DNA of 19,189 nt from Candidatus Micrarchaeia archaeon (GCA_049964835.1 JBMFWW010000013.1:1-19189); one strand, 5' to 3'. Positions 1-9,882 are shown, counted from the stretch's first letter. Numbers and translations: made by a program. Notes: generated from the sequence alone by a model not told the origin.

Positions 1-49
1 TTTTTTGAATTGGGTTATATTTAAACCTTTTGCTTAATTTATAACAAAG

Positions 50-57
50 TTTATATA
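50..57 (+). promoter_or_regulatory. Putative archaeal TATA box for the 88..480 gene
   Basis: TTTATATA preceded by purine-rich AACAAAG (BRE-like), 30 nt upstream of ATG 88. The same octamer lies upstream of the ORFs starting at 3354 (+), 10380 (-) and 15857 (+). Confidence 0.5.
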
Positions 58-87
58 TTAGAAATAGTAAACACTATAACTGATTTT

Positions 88-480
88 ATGGAAAAGATCA
101 TACCCCCTAATGGAAATAATAAAGAAATAAATATAAAACATCAACCAGATATAAATCATCTTAAATCGATGAAGAGTATTAGAGAAGAGATGCAGAGGAG
201 AAATAAAACAGAAAAGCACCTTATAAAAAAAGCAAGTAATACAAGAGACCAAAAACTTCTTAAAGAATTATTGAAACATGAAAGTCCTAAGGTTAGAAAA
301 AAGGCAGCTTCAAATCCTGAGATAAGCTTGGATACGCTATGTGAATTTTTAATTAATGGATCTGAGAAGAATATAGAAGTAAAAAGAGCAGCAGAAGAAA
401 ATTATAAAACCAAGGAGTTCATAATAGATGAAATTCAGATTGCGATTCTGAAAAGAGACTTAGAAGAAGAAAACTTCTAA
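88..480 (+). CDS. Hypothetical protein with one or two HEAT/leucine-rich-variant-like helical repeats
   Basis: 130-aa ORF. The segment LLKELLKHESPKVRKKAASNPEIS matches the L..L..D....VR..AA.NP pattern of LRV/HEAT-like repeats. Confidence 0.6.
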   Translation: MEKIIPPNGNNKEINIKHQPDINHLKSMKSIREEMQRRNKTEKHLIKKASNTRDQKLLKELLKHESPKVRKKAASNPEISLDTLCEFLINGSEKNIEVKRAAEENYKTKEFIIDEIQIAILKRDLEEENF

Positions 481-483
481 GAA

Positions 484-1722
484 CTATTTTTTATTTTTAT
501 TAATTTTTCTATTATTTTTTATAAAAATAGGATATAGAATACCTGCAGATATCTGAAGTGCTCCACCAATTAACATAGGCAATGGAAATAAGTAATCGGC
601 TAGATAGCCACTTATTCCGCTACTTGATTGAGATAAACTACTAGCAAGTCCTTGTATACTTGTCGCAGTGCCATAATCCTCTTTGTTTAAACCACTCATA
701 CTTATAGTACTTATAGATGCTGAACCAAATCCTGCAACTAAGGATCTTGCCGAGTATAATGCAGCAGCAAAAAGTAGCAATGGCAAGAATACCAGTATAG
801 AATAATATTGCATTGTAAAGATTATACCCATTAGCAAAAATAGTACACCGTTAAGAACACGTGTTGCCTTTGCAGTATTTATTATATTTATTCTATCAGA
901 ATATTTTTTAGATAGACTAGAACCGAGTATTGTCATCAAATATGAAGGAAGATAAATTATGCCAATATAAAAAGCTGTTGATGTTGATTGGAATTTGAAT
1001 GCGATAGCAAAAAATAAAGGAAGTAATGGCAAAGATAGACCTAAGGCAGAACCATTTAATATGTTTAATATTGAAATTTTTATTGTATAATTTATACTTT
1101 CTTTCTTCATTATTTTTGTTGATTTCTTAGTTATATTTACTTCTTCTAAGAAAAATAGGCTAACTAAGGATAATGTTGTTAGTACTGCTGAAAGACCGAA
1201 AAGAACTCTGAAGGATAGGATTGTTCCGGTGTATGTAGAGATATAAAACTGGGATACTAGTAGCAGAGCACCAACAATGCTAGCTGCAGAAGCAGATTGA
1301 ACTAATATACTGAACTTTTTGACTCTTACTTTATTGTCAGGATAGTTTCTTGCCGTAAATGCAATCATTCCTGGTGAAAATGCGCCTCTCATTCCTCCGG
1401 CTACACCACTTAAGCCGGCTATTATTACTCCTATTATTATTAGTACGGTATTTCCAGTTAATGATAGAAGAAGTGCACCTAATATTGGAGGTATGTCTCC
1501 TAGTATTAATGCTTTTTTAAAGCCCTTTCTGTCGCCAAGTGCACCGAGTGATATAGATAAAAATGCCGTAAATAACATTACACCTACGTAAATTATACCT
1601 ATTTGAACTAAGGTTAAATTAATATCATTTAAATAAATAGGTGAAGCGAGAGTCATAAAAATTAGAGCCATGCTTCTAAAAATCCTTGACATTAGAAGAA
1701 ATTTAAAACCATGGTCTTTCAT
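484..1722 (-). CDS. Major facilitator superfamily transporter
   Basis: 412 aa, about 12 hydrophobic segments, MFS motif A-like GALGDRKGFKK after TM2. Confidence 0.9.
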   Translation of the reverse strand: MKDHGFKFLLMSRIFRSMALIFMTLASPIYLNDINLTLVQIGIIYVGVMLFTAFLSISLGALGDRKGFKKALILGDIPPILGALLLSLTGNTVLIIIGVIIAGLSGVAGGMRGAFSPGMIAFTARNYPDNKVRVKKFSILVQSASAASIVGALLLVSQFYISTYTGTILSFRVLFGLSAVLTTLSLVSLFFLEEVNITKKSTKIMKKESINYTIKISILNILNGSALGLSLPLLPLFFAIAFKFQSTSTAFYIGIIYLPSYLMTILGSSLSKKYSDRINIINTAKATRVLNGVLFLLMGIIFTMQYYSILVFLPLLLFAAALYSARSLVAGFGSASISTISMSGLNKEDYGTATSIQGLASSLSQSSSGISGYLADYLFPLPMLIGGALQISAGILYPIFIKNNRKINKNKK

Positions 1723-1738
1723 AAAATCAATAAATATA

Positions 1739-1813
1739 CGGGCCCGGTGGGATTTGAACCCACGACTTAAAGGTTAAAAGCCTTCCACTCTGGCCAAGCT
1801 GAGTTACGGACCC
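1739..1813 (-). tRNA. tRNA-Lys (TTT)
   Basis: Reverse strand folds as a cloverleaf: acceptor GGGTCCG/CGGGCCC, anticodon arm GAAGG-CTTTTAA-CCTTT (anticodon at 1776-1778), T-loop TTCAAAT. CCA is not encoded. Confidence 0.95.
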
Positions 1814-1885
1814 TTGTACCTAATATATGTTTAATAAGAAATAAAAATGCATAGCATTATTAGCAATCAAATAAGTTCAATTATT

Positions 1886-2893
1886 TTAATTATTACATTT
1901 TGAAAATGTCTCTGAAACGTTTGTTATTAACTCGTTAAATGCAATTTTTATTGCTGCTTTTTTAGAGCCATATGCACCAGCCGCACAAGGATGGCCACCA
2001 CCTGTACCCCCAAGAACTTTTCCTAATGGCTGCATAAGTTTCCCAAGATGTAACTTTAACTCTTTATCTAAAGGTGATTTTAATCTTGCTGAGATTGAAG
2101 CCTCTTTTTCATGAATTGAATAAAAAGCTGCAAAATCTGCACCAGCATTAAGTGCTGCTTCCGCCGCAAGATTCGCATGATTAATAGCCATGCCTGAAAC
2201 AATCAAATACTTTCCAGATTGAGTTATTTTTGCTTTTAAAAGATCTTCAAGAACACCTTTTCTTGTAATATAGTTCATGTTCTTTCTAGTATCTATTACT
2301 TCTTGATATGTCTGTCCAAGATTACTTAAAATTTCATATACTTGAAAAAAGGTCAATTTATCTGCATTTTGGAAGTTTGCACTATCAGCCACAATGCCAT
2401 TTAATAATAACATTTGATCTTCTTTACTTAGAGGTATTTTTAATTTTTTTATTATTTCATATATTATGCTAGAAGTAGAGTTATATCTCTCATCATTAAA
2501 TATATACTCGTGTCCTTTACTATAATATAATTTATCCTCAGGAGTATCATGGTGATCTATAAAAAGCATATCGCAATTTTCTTTTAATAGATTTTCTTTA
2601 AATCTACCAAGAAGCTCGTACCTATTTGAGTCTAGTATTATTATAAATTCTGAATTTTTAGGATAAGAACTAGTTATTGTGCTATTTATTTTCAATCTCT
2701 CTAAAAGTTTTGAGGAATTTCTTGTTATAAAATCGGGGGTGCTTATTTTACAATTAGAAAAAGCTTTACTCAAAGGCAGTGCAGAACCGATACAATCTCT
2801 ATCTCCAATGCTATGAAATGTTATTAAAGTTTTTTTATTTTGTCTTGTCCTTATAAAATCTGCAAGTTCTTCGACACTTTTAATTAATTTCAC
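1886..2893 (-). CDS. DHH/DHHA1 family phosphoesterase (NrnA-like)
   Basis: Motifs H..GDRD (DxD), ILD, IDHH and C-terminal GGGHPCAAG. The GTG start overlaps the pfdB stop (TAGTG). Confidence 0.9.
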   Translation of the reverse strand: MKLIKSVEELADFIRTRQNKKTLITFHSIGDRDCIGSALPLSKAFSNCKISTPDFITRNSSKLLERLKINSTITSSYPKNSEFIIILDSNRYELLGRFKENLLKENCDMLFIDHHDTPEDKLYYSKGHEYIFNDERYNSTSSIIYEIIKKLKIPLSKEDQMLLLNGIVADSANFQNADKLTFFQVYEILSNLGQTYQEVIDTRKNMNYITRKGVLEDLLKAKITQSGKYLIVSGMAINHANLAAEAALNAGADFAAFYSIHEKEASISARLKSPLDKELKLHLGKLMQPLGKVLGGTGGGHPCAAGAYGSKKAAIKIAFNELITNVSETFSKCNN

Positions 2894-3252
2894 TATTGTC
2901 CCTGACCACTTTTGTATATTTCAGTGAGTTTTTCATTTAGTTGTTTATCCTTAGCCTTCATGTCTGTATATTGTTTATTTAATGATTGAAGTCTTATTGA
3001 AAGCAATGACTGCCTATCTGCTATTTCAACAGAAGCTTTTTCTTTGGAACTTTCAACTATAACATTGCCTACAGTTAAAAATATCTTCCCAGAAGACTTA
3101 TCTACCTCCTCTTTTGCACGTTCAAGCTCAATTTTTTGGGACTGCATCTGTTCTAATTGTATAGCTACGTTTCTCATCTGTTCTTGAAGAAGTTGGTACT
3201 CTTTTAATAACTTCTCTATGTTCTCCGTTCCTGACTCGTTTTGTGTTGCCAT
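2893..3252 (-). CDS. pfdB: Prefoldin beta subunit
   Basis: 119 aa; two coiled coils flank the beta-hairpin KIFLTVGNVIVE. Confidence 0.88.
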   Translation of the reverse strand: MATQNESGTENIEKLLKEYQLLQEQMRNVAIQLEQMQSQKIELERAKEEVDKSSGKIFLTVGNVIVESSKEKASVEIADRQSLLSIRLQSLNKQYTDMKAKDKQLNEKLTEIYKSGQGQ

Positions 3253-3353
3253 TTAATAACCATTGATATGTATTTAATTAATATTGTTTATAATACTATT
3301 TATTAATTATGGAAAAAGAATATTATTTATATAGCACCATTTAATAATATAAT

Positions 3354-4068
3354 ATGGAAATGAGAATTTCAGGAAAGGTGTTAGGTTCTGTTTCTAATAA
3401 AGAATTCTGTGAAAGATGCTTTTGGATAATGATGCATTATAAATTACCATACCAAATCTTTCCAGGTATCTTTTCCTCAATAGACAACTACACCAAAAAA
3501 TTAATTGAAGAATATTTTTATAAGAATAAAAAACTTCCAGGATGGTTAGAAAAAGTCGGAACTGTTAAAAGAGTATATAAGAATACTTCAGAATTGATTG
3601 ATAATAAATTAGATGAAAAGATAAAGTTCAGTATAAAGTATAAAAATGTATTATTGAAAGGAATACCTAATGCAATTTTTGAGGAAAAAGATAACAGGAT
3701 AATTATTTTTAATTATAAAACTGCTAGATATACTGAAGGCCAGGATAAGCTATTAAGTATTTATAAAGTACAGCTAAATGCCTATGCGTATATAATAGAA
3801 AAATTGGAATTAGGAACAGTGAGTTCTTTATATCTTGTTTATTTTGAACCGCCTGAAAAATCAGATTTCCAAAAATTATCTGAAAAATATACTACAAATG
3901 AAGGTTTGAAATGTCATTTAAATCAAATATACATAAAATAAATAAAGATCTTGGAAATATAGAAAAGTTAATAGATTATGCATACAATATTTTTCTATGA
4001 AGGAACCTCCAAGATCAAGTAAAAACTGTAAAAATTACCTCTATTTAAGTGATTTATACAGAGTATAG
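3354..4068 (+). pseudogene. Degraded PD-(D/E)XK (RecB/Cas4-like) nuclease
   Basis: N-terminal FCERCFW. Nuclease motifs read GIPNAIF and IFNYKT (Asn in place of both catalytic Asp), followed by QLNAYA. Adding one T in each of two T-runs (3905-3907, 3990-3994) extends the frame as GFEMSFKSNIHK...IFSMKEPPRSSKNCKNY...RV to TAG at 4066-4068. Confidence 0.7.
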
Positions 4069-4076
4069 GTTTTAAT

Positions 4077-4475
4077 ATGAATGAAGATAAAAATAATGAA
4101 AATAATAAAAATAAATGGAACAAGTTAACGGCTGAGGAGGAGTATGTTATAGTAAAAAAAGGTACAGAGATGCCATTTACTGGAGAATATGAAAATGAAA
4201 AAAGAAAGGGTATTTACATATGCAGAAGGTGTAATGCACCATTATATAAGTCAGATGATAAATTTGATTCTAATTGTGGATGGCCAAGTTTCGATCAGGA
4301 GATAAAAGGTGCTGTAAAAAGGTTGCCCGATCCGGATGGAGAGCGAATTGAAATACAATGTGCAAATTGTGGTGCACATTTAGGCCATGTATTTGAAGGA
4401 GAAGGATTTACTAAGAGGAATATTAGACACTGTGTTAACTCAATATCAATGAAGTTCATACCAGATAAAAAATAG
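4077..4475 (+). CDS. msrB: Peptide methionine (R)-sulfoxide reductase
   Basis: GTE.PFTG, CRRC, CGWPSF, CANCGAHLGHVF and RHCVNS motifs (zinc-binding type). Confidence 0.97.
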   Translation: MNEDKNNENNKNKWNKLTAEEEYVIVKKGTEMPFTGEYENEKRKGIYICRRCNAPLYKSDDKFDSNCGWPSFDQEIKGAVKRLPDPDGERIEIQCANCGAHLGHVFEGEGFTKRNIRHCVNSISMKFIPDKK

Positions 4476-4514
4476 TTATATGAAATTTAATTTAAATATT
4501 GAAGATTTATAAAT

Positions 4515-5054
4515 GTGAAATCTATGGGTAAAATTAATTCTATAGTTCTTGGAGGAGGTTGTTTCTGGTGCACAGAAGCTGTATTTAATATGTTAAAGGG
4601 CATAAAGATTACGATACCCGGATATGCAGGGGGAAGTAAACCAAACCCTACTTATGAAGAGGTATGTTCTGAAACTACTGGTCATGCAGAGGTATTATAC
4701 TTAGAATATGAAGAAGAAATTATAGATTTGAAAACTATTTTAGATGTTTTCTTTGAAATGCATGATCCCACATCTGTAAATAAACAGGGAGCGGATGAAG
4801 GTGAACAGTACAGATCAGCTATTTTTTATACTGACGAATCTCAAAAAAATATTATCCAAATGAAGATAAAAGAAAAGGAGAAAGAGTTAAGAAAGAAGAT
4901 AGTCACACAAGTAGAAAAACTTGACGAGTTTTATCCTGCAGAGGATTATCATAGAAATTATTACACTAGAAATAAAAATCAGCCTTATTGCAATGTGGTT
5001 ATAAGTCCAAAACTTGAGAAAATTAAAAAAGAGTTCAAAAAAATAACAAAATAA
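4515..5054 (+). CDS. msrA: Peptide methionine (S)-sulfoxide reductase (true start may be ATG 4524)
   Basis: GGCFWC active site, plus GYAGG, TGHAE, HDPT, QYRSAIF and FYPAEDYH motifs. Confidence 0.97.
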   Translation: MKSMGKINSIVLGGGCFWCTEAVFNMLKGIKITIPGYAGGSKPNPTYEEVCSETTGHAEVLYLEYEEEIIDLKTILDVFFEMHDPTSVNKQGADEGEQYRSAIFYTDESQKNIIQMKIKEKEKELRKKIVTQVEKLDEFYPAEDYHRNYYTRNKNQPYCNVVISPKLEKIKKEFKKITK

Positions 5055-5462
5055 TTATGCCAACTTTGATGTACAGAAAGGACATCTTTTTGCGTTTATT
5101 GGTATTGTTGAAACACATTCTGGACATGTTTTTGTATTAGGAGCGGGTGCTGCTTTATTCTTAGATTTGAGTTCTTGATACTTTGATGCGGGCTTTACTA
5201 TAAATAAAAATATTACGAGAGCTATTGTTATAAAACTTATAAATGCATTTAGAAATGTTCCTAGAAGAAATGTACTTCCATTTATTGTATAAGCAATACT
5301 TGAAAAATCTACATGGCCTGCGACCCCTATTAATGGAGTTATTATATCATTAACAAAAGAGGTTATAAGTGTATTAAAGGCTTCGCCTATAACTACTGCA
5401 ACTGCAAGATCCATAACATTGCCTTTTGTTATGAATGTTTTAAACTCATCTAGAATAGACAT
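5055..5462 (-). CDS. mscL: Large-conductance mechanosensitive channel with C-terminal zinc ribbon
   Basis: EFKTFITKGNVMDLAVAVVIG signature, two TM helices, C-terminal CPEC-x10-CPFC. Confidence 0.93.
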   Translation of the reverse strand: MSILDEFKTFITKGNVMDLAVAVVIGEAFNTLITSFVNDIITPLIGVAGHVDFSSIAYTINGSTFLLGTFLNAFISFITIALVIFLFIVKPASKYQELKSKNKAAPAPNTKTCPECVSTIPINAKRCPFCTSKLA

Positions 5463-5466
5463 TTTA

Positions 5467-6069
5467 TCAATACTTTCTAGCTTTTATTGCATTTGATTTT
5501 TGGTTCTTAGTTAATGTTATCTGGTAGTATAAATCTCTTAGATAAACAAAAAGCAATGCTATTGTGCCAAGTATCCAAAAGATTATTATTACAGATATTG
5601 ATGGTGGAAAGTAGTAATTTACAGTTCCTTCATATATATCAAAGATTGTTATTAACATCATTGCGCCTATAGACGTTCCCACTCCTAATACAACCTCGAA
5701 ATATTTGTTAACCCATATACTTTTCTTATCTCTTTTAAACCTAGTTATTTCAGAATAGTAAAATGCTGGCATGTTAATAAAGTAAGGATATTTGTTTAGC
5801 AATGTATATCTATATCTTGATATTAAGAAAACTATTAATGGAGGTATACTCAAAATAAGCGCAGTTAGAGGAAAGAAGATGCTTTGACCATAAGCATTTG
5901 GAATTCCATTAAAGTAGTGTACCGGGATATAAATTGGAAAACGATAATAGCCAATTATTCCTACAACTAATATTATTAAGATTTCAGTAAGAAGAAATGA
6001 TTCTAATGCTTTACCCTTTTGCCCGAAAGGTAATTTTTTAAATAAATTTTTTTTCCTTTTAACTACCAT
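5467..6069 (-). CDS. DUF1648-like membrane protein
   Basis: About four TM segments; IPVHYFNGIPNAYG resembles the DUF1648 IP.H....G.P..YG motif. Confidence 0.65.
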   Translation of the reverse strand: MVVKRKKNLFKKLPFGQKGKALESFLLTEILIILVVGIIGYYRFPIYIPVHYFNGIPNAYGQSIFFPLTALILSIPPLIVFLISRYRYTLLNKYPYFINMPAFYYSEITRFKRDKKSIWVNKYFEVVLGVGTSIGAMMLITIFDIYEGTVNYYFPPSISVIIIFWILGTIALLFVYLRDLYYQITLTKNQKSNAIKARKY

Positions 6070-6116
6070 AATTACCAGTATTACAATAGATGTAAAGATT
6101 TAAAAAGCTTATAGTA

Positions 6117-6479
6117 TTACCAAAGATTCTTCTTTTCATTTTCTTTTATCCACTTAGTTACTTCATTGAAAAAAGGTATTTGAGCGTAGTTAACAACTCG
6201 TGCTTTAACTGACTTAAAGTAAGGATCCTCAAACTCAAGTATTTCCTTGTAATTTTCTAAATAAGAATAATCAAAATCAGCATTCATAATTCCTTCAAGA
6301 ACCTTTTCTTTTGCAAGATCAGAACTATTTTGATACATTGCAAAGATAATTCCATTTGCCCAAAGAAGAGGCTTAACTCCCTCTGGACCGAGCCTTGTTT
6401 TTATAAGATCTTCGACAGAATTAAACTTGTAAATTGCCATTAAATTTAATTTCTTTATAGGATTATAATTTATTTCCAT
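6117..6479 (-). CDS. Hypothetical protein
   Basis: 120-aa ORF with GGTG RBS upstream, co-oriented within a run of minus-strand genes. Confidence 0.75.
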   Translation of the reverse strand: MEINYNPIKKLNLMAIYKFNSVEDLIKTRLGPEGVKPLLWANGIIFAMYQNSSDLAKEKVLEGIMNADFDYSYLENYKEILEFEDPYFKSVKARVVNYAQIPFFNEVTKWIKENEKKNLW

Positions 6480-6492
6480 AAAAACACCATAA

Positions 6493-6894
6493 TTAGAATA
6501 TTATTTTGTCACCTATATTTATACCTTCTTTTTTTATATAACCAGAATTAAGTTCCAAAACATATTTTGAAGATTCCTTAGGATACATTGTTTTACAGGA
6601 AAACAGTGAGTTGCAAGGTTTTGCATCCTCTTTAAAATCGATTATTAATTTTTTTGAGTTTATCCATAATATATCTATATTGAACTTCATATTTAACATC
6701 CATATCCCCATTTTTGTTTCCCTATTAAAAATAAATAACATGCCCTCATTTTCTTTTAGTGAAGACCTGTGCATAAGACCAAGCATCTGTTTAAAAAAAG
6801 AGTCTGCAACCATAACATTTAATGACTTTTTACCTATTTTTAAAGTTGTTTTTTTGAATTTTATTACTTTGTAAAGAAGTTTTGTAAAACACAT
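6493..6894 (-). CDS. DUF192 family protein
   Basis: VADSF...LGLM.R..L...EGMLFIF, WMLNMKFNIDI and YVLEL..G motifs. Confidence 0.9.
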   Translation of the reverse strand: MCFTKLLYKVIKFKKTTLKIGKKSLNVMVADSFFKQMLGLMHRSSLKENEGMLFIFNRETKMGIWMLNMKFNIDILWINSKKLIIDFKEDAKPCNSLFSCKTMYPKESSKYVLELNSGYIKKEGINIGDKIIF

Positions 6895-6916
6895 TTAATC
6901 GATTCATTATTTTTAA

Positions 6917-8536
6917 TTATTCTACAACCGATTGACTTTGCTCACGCATGAATTGCTCTAAGTAATATTTACTGCCGGTACCTTTTCCAGTTAATCCGCT
7001 TCCTTTCCAACCTACAAAGGTGTGCAAACCAACTATTGCACCAGTAGTTGCACTTACATCTCTATTAACATATACAACACCGGCTTGAATTTTTCTTAGG
7101 AAGTATTTTACTTCTGAAGACCTTTCACTGTAGAAGCCTGCGGTCAAACCGTATGGAGTATCATTTGCTTTTTTTAATGCGTCCTCTAAATCAACATATG
7201 ATGTAACTAAAAGAAATGGTAAAAATAATTCTTTTTGGTAAAGTTCAAATTCATGAGGTAGTTCAACAATTACAGGTTCAACATAAATTCCTGACATTCC
7301 AAAATCAAGTACATTTCCACCATAATGTAATTTACCTGATTTTTTTGCCAAATCTACAGACTCTTTGTATCTTATTAATGATGAATTACTTATTAAAGGT
7401 CCGATAAAATTACCCTTTTGTATTGGATCTCCAACTTTAAGTACTGATACCTTTTCAATTAGAGCTTTTATAAATTCACCTTTTACATCTTGATGGACAT
7501 ATACTCTAGAACATGCACTGCATTTTTGCCCAGAATAACCAAATGCAGCGCTTGCTATTCCTGAAACTGCCTTTTGTATGTTTGCGTATTGTGAAACTAT
7601 CACAGGATTTTTGCCGCCCATTTCTACTATAAATACAGTTTGTTTTCCAGTAGAATAACTATTTGTAATCATAGACATACCAACTGATCTTGAACCGGTA
7701 AATGCTATTCCCCTTACTAACTTATTTGTTGAAAGTTCAGAACCTACTTCACTTCCAGGTCCGGTTATATAATTAAATACGCCAGGAGGTATACCACTAT
7801 CTGAAAATATTTTATAAATAAAATAACCAGTAAGCATGGTCATATTGTCAGTAGATGAAGGTTTGAAAACTATAGTATTACCAGTTATCATTGCTCCTGT
7901 ACTCATACCTGTAGATATAGATACTGGAAAATTGAATGGAGCGATTATTCCAAAAACTCCATATGGTTTCATGAGCACTTTTACTTTCTCTTCGCTTCCT
8001 GGAGCTCCTTGAAAACCTGACTGCACCTTTGAGTTTGTTCCCAAGAGTGTACTTTTTCTTATAAAACCTTTATTTCGCTCAAGTTCATTAGAGTAATAAT
8101 TAATAAAATCTATAGCTTCATCAACTTCACCCATAGATTCGTATCTAGTTTTACCATTTTCAAAGCTTAATATTGCAGCTATATCAAACTTTTTTTCAGA
8201 GAACTTTTTTGCTGCTCTTCTGAATATAGATGCTCTTTTTTTATAATCAAGATTGCCCCATTCCTCGAATGCCATGTTTGCAGACTCTATTGCAGCCACA
8301 GCCTCACTTTTAGAACCTCTTTGAAATACTCCTAATACTATTCCATTTATAGGAGATTTTTCTACTATCTCATTTTGTAAGTATAACTCTTCACCATTTA
8401 TTATTATAGGATATTTTTTACCAAAGACATCTGATTTGACCTTTTCTACAGATCTATCAAATAGAGAATCGAACTCTAATTCTTTGCCTGACTCTAAAAA
8501 ATTTCTGTATGTGAACTCATTTTTGAAGCCTTCCAT
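6917..8536 (-). CDS. Aldehyde dehydrogenase family protein, likely 1-pyrroline-5-carboxylate dehydrogenase (RocA/PruA type)
   Basis: APFNFP, FTGS, EMGGKN, AFGYSGQKCSACSR (catalytic Cys), EAIDF..YY and YGLTAG motifs. The GQKCSACSR and EAIDF motifs are typical of P5CDH. Confidence 0.85.
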   Translation of the reverse strand: MEGFKNEFTYRNFLESGKELEFDSLFDRSVEKVKSDVFGKKYPIIINGEELYLQNEIVEKSPINGIVLGVFQRGSKSEAVAAIESANMAFEEWGNLDYKKRASIFRRAAKKFSEKKFDIAAILSFENGKTRYESMGEVDEAIDFINYYSNELERNKGFIRKSTLLGTNSKVQSGFQGAPGSEEKVKVLMKPYGVFGIIAPFNFPVSISTGMSTGAMITGNTIVFKPSSTDNMTMLTGYFIYKIFSDSGIPPGVFNYITGPGSEVGSELSTNKLVRGIAFTGSRSVGMSMITNSYSTGKQTVFIVEMGGKNPVIVSQYANIQKAVSGIASAAFGYSGQKCSACSRVYVHQDVKGEFIKALIEKVSVLKVGDPIQKGNFIGPLISNSSLIRYKESVDLAKKSGKLHYGGNVLDFGMSGIYVEPVIVELPHEFELYQKELFLPFLLVTSYVDLEDALKKANDTPYGLTAGFYSERSSEVKYFLRKIQAGVVYVNRDVSATTGAIVGLHTFVGWKGSGLTGKGTGSKYYLEQFMREQSQSVVE

Positions 8537-8642
8537 TAGTACACCAATAGTAATATAAATTAAAAGTATTAAAAACTGAGTTAACTTTTTATTTATCAGA
8601 AAACTTGAAAAGATATTTATTTATGATTGAATAAGTATAATT

Positions 8643-9359
8643 ATGGCGACAGAGCAACTTCAAGCATTAGGCATAGAAAATGAGAAGAAAATGGACTTGT
8701 CTTTGCTTGTAAATGATGCAACTTGGAAGGATATATTGATAGAATTAGTTAGGACTAACAAACTAGACCCGTGGAATATAGATATAGTCGACATTGTTGA
8801 CAAATATATTAGCGCAATAAAAGCGCTAAAGGTCATGGATTTAAGAGTTCCTGCAAATATCATCCTGGCTGCTGCATTACTGCTAAGACTTAAAAGCGAG
8901 ATGTTAAGCTTATTTGAAAGAAATGATGAAATAATTGAGGATGGAGAAGAACAGGACTTTGTTAGACCAAATATTACAGTAGATGAATTGTCTTTAAGAT
9001 TAAGACCTCCAATAAAAAGAAAGATAGCGTTAATTGAACTTATACACGCACTTGACGAGGCTATGAAAATAAAAGATAGAAAAGGCGCACAGAAGATTAT
9101 AAATGGAGTTCAGTTCAACATTAAATTCGATGACGTAGATATGGAAAAAGAAACAGAAAGATTATATGATGAAATTAAAAAAAGAGTAGACAAGAAGAAT
9201 ATGACGACCTTTTCTTATCTTTCTAAAGATATCTCTATAGTCAATAATGATTTAGTCATAGGACTTTTTATACCATTATTGTTTCTAACGCATAAGGAAA
9301 GAATATTTCTGCTTCAAGAAGAATTTTTTGGAGAGATAATAATACAGTTAGCTGGTTGA
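8643..9359 (+). CDS. scpA: Segregation and condensation protein A (kleisin)
   Basis: LDPWNIDI...DKY, ILAAALLLRLKS and C-terminal FIPLLFL.....I.L.QEEFFGEI motifs. Confidence 0.9.
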   Translation: MATEQLQALGIENEKKMDLSLLVNDATWKDILIELVRTNKLDPWNIDIVDIVDKYISAIKALKVMDLRVPANIILAAALLLRLKSEMLSLFERNDEIIEDGEEQDFVRPNITVDELSLRLRPPIKRKIALIELIHALDEAMKIKDRKGAQKIINGVQFNIKFDDVDMEKETERLYDEIKKRVDKKNMTTFSYLSKDISIVNNDLVIGLFIPLLFLTHKERIFLLQEEFFGEIIIQLAG

Positions 9360-9363
9360 GTAC

Positions 9364-9825
9364 ATGTTAGATAATATAGATTATAGTAAACTTGTTGAAG
9401 CTGCTTTATTTATGTCTTCTAAAGCAGTAAGTATGGAGGATCTTTCAAAGCAAATAGGCATTGGTTCTAAAACAACGCTTGAAAATATAATAAACAAATT
9501 AATTGAAAAGTATAAGAATGAGGATACGTCGCTTGAAATAATAAAAATAGGCGACAAATATATGTTTAGCCTTAAAGAACCATACGCATCTAAAGTAAGC
9601 AAACTTGCAGGGGGGCCAGAAATAAGCAAAGGAGCGCTTAGAATATTGGCTTATGTAAATAAAAATGAGGGAATTTTGCAGAGCGCTTTGGTTAAGATTT
9701 TCGGCGGTTCAACTTATGATCACATAAAAGAGTTAACTGAAAATGATTTTATAACTGCTAAAAAATTTAAAACGAGCAAAAAAATAACAACAACTGAAAA
9801 GTTTAAAGAGTACTTTAATGTTTAA
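9364..9825 (+). CDS. scpB: Segregation and condensation protein B
   Basis: VEAALF, SKGALRILAY, YDHIKEL and TTEKFKEYF motifs; directly follows scpA. Confidence 0.92.
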   Translation: MLDNIDYSKLVEAALFMSSKAVSMEDLSKQIGIGSKTTLENIINKLIEKYKNEDTSLEIIKIGDKYMFSLKEPYASKVSKLAGGPEISKGALRILAYVNKNEGILQSALVKIFGGSTYDHIKELTENDFITAKKFKTSKKITTTEKFKEYFNV

Positions 9826-9882
9826 CTTGTGAATTGTATTCTTTATTTTAATTTGTAATTATTAAATAAAAAATAAATATAA

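Noticed and set aside
58..252. 64-aa minus-strand ORF
   Set aside because: Antisense shadow of 88..480; its Phe/Ile-rich composition is expected from the reverse of A-rich codons.
3354..3941. Cas4-like gene as evidence of a CRISPR-Cas locus
   Set aside because: No repeat-spacer array or other cas genes in the window; solo PD-(D/E)XK nucleases are common.
6611..9629. ORFs 6611..6874, 7216..7407, 8660..8863 and 9381..9629
   Set aside because: Each lies wholly antisense to a well-supported gene (DUF192, ALDH, scpA, scpB) and has no recognisable motif.
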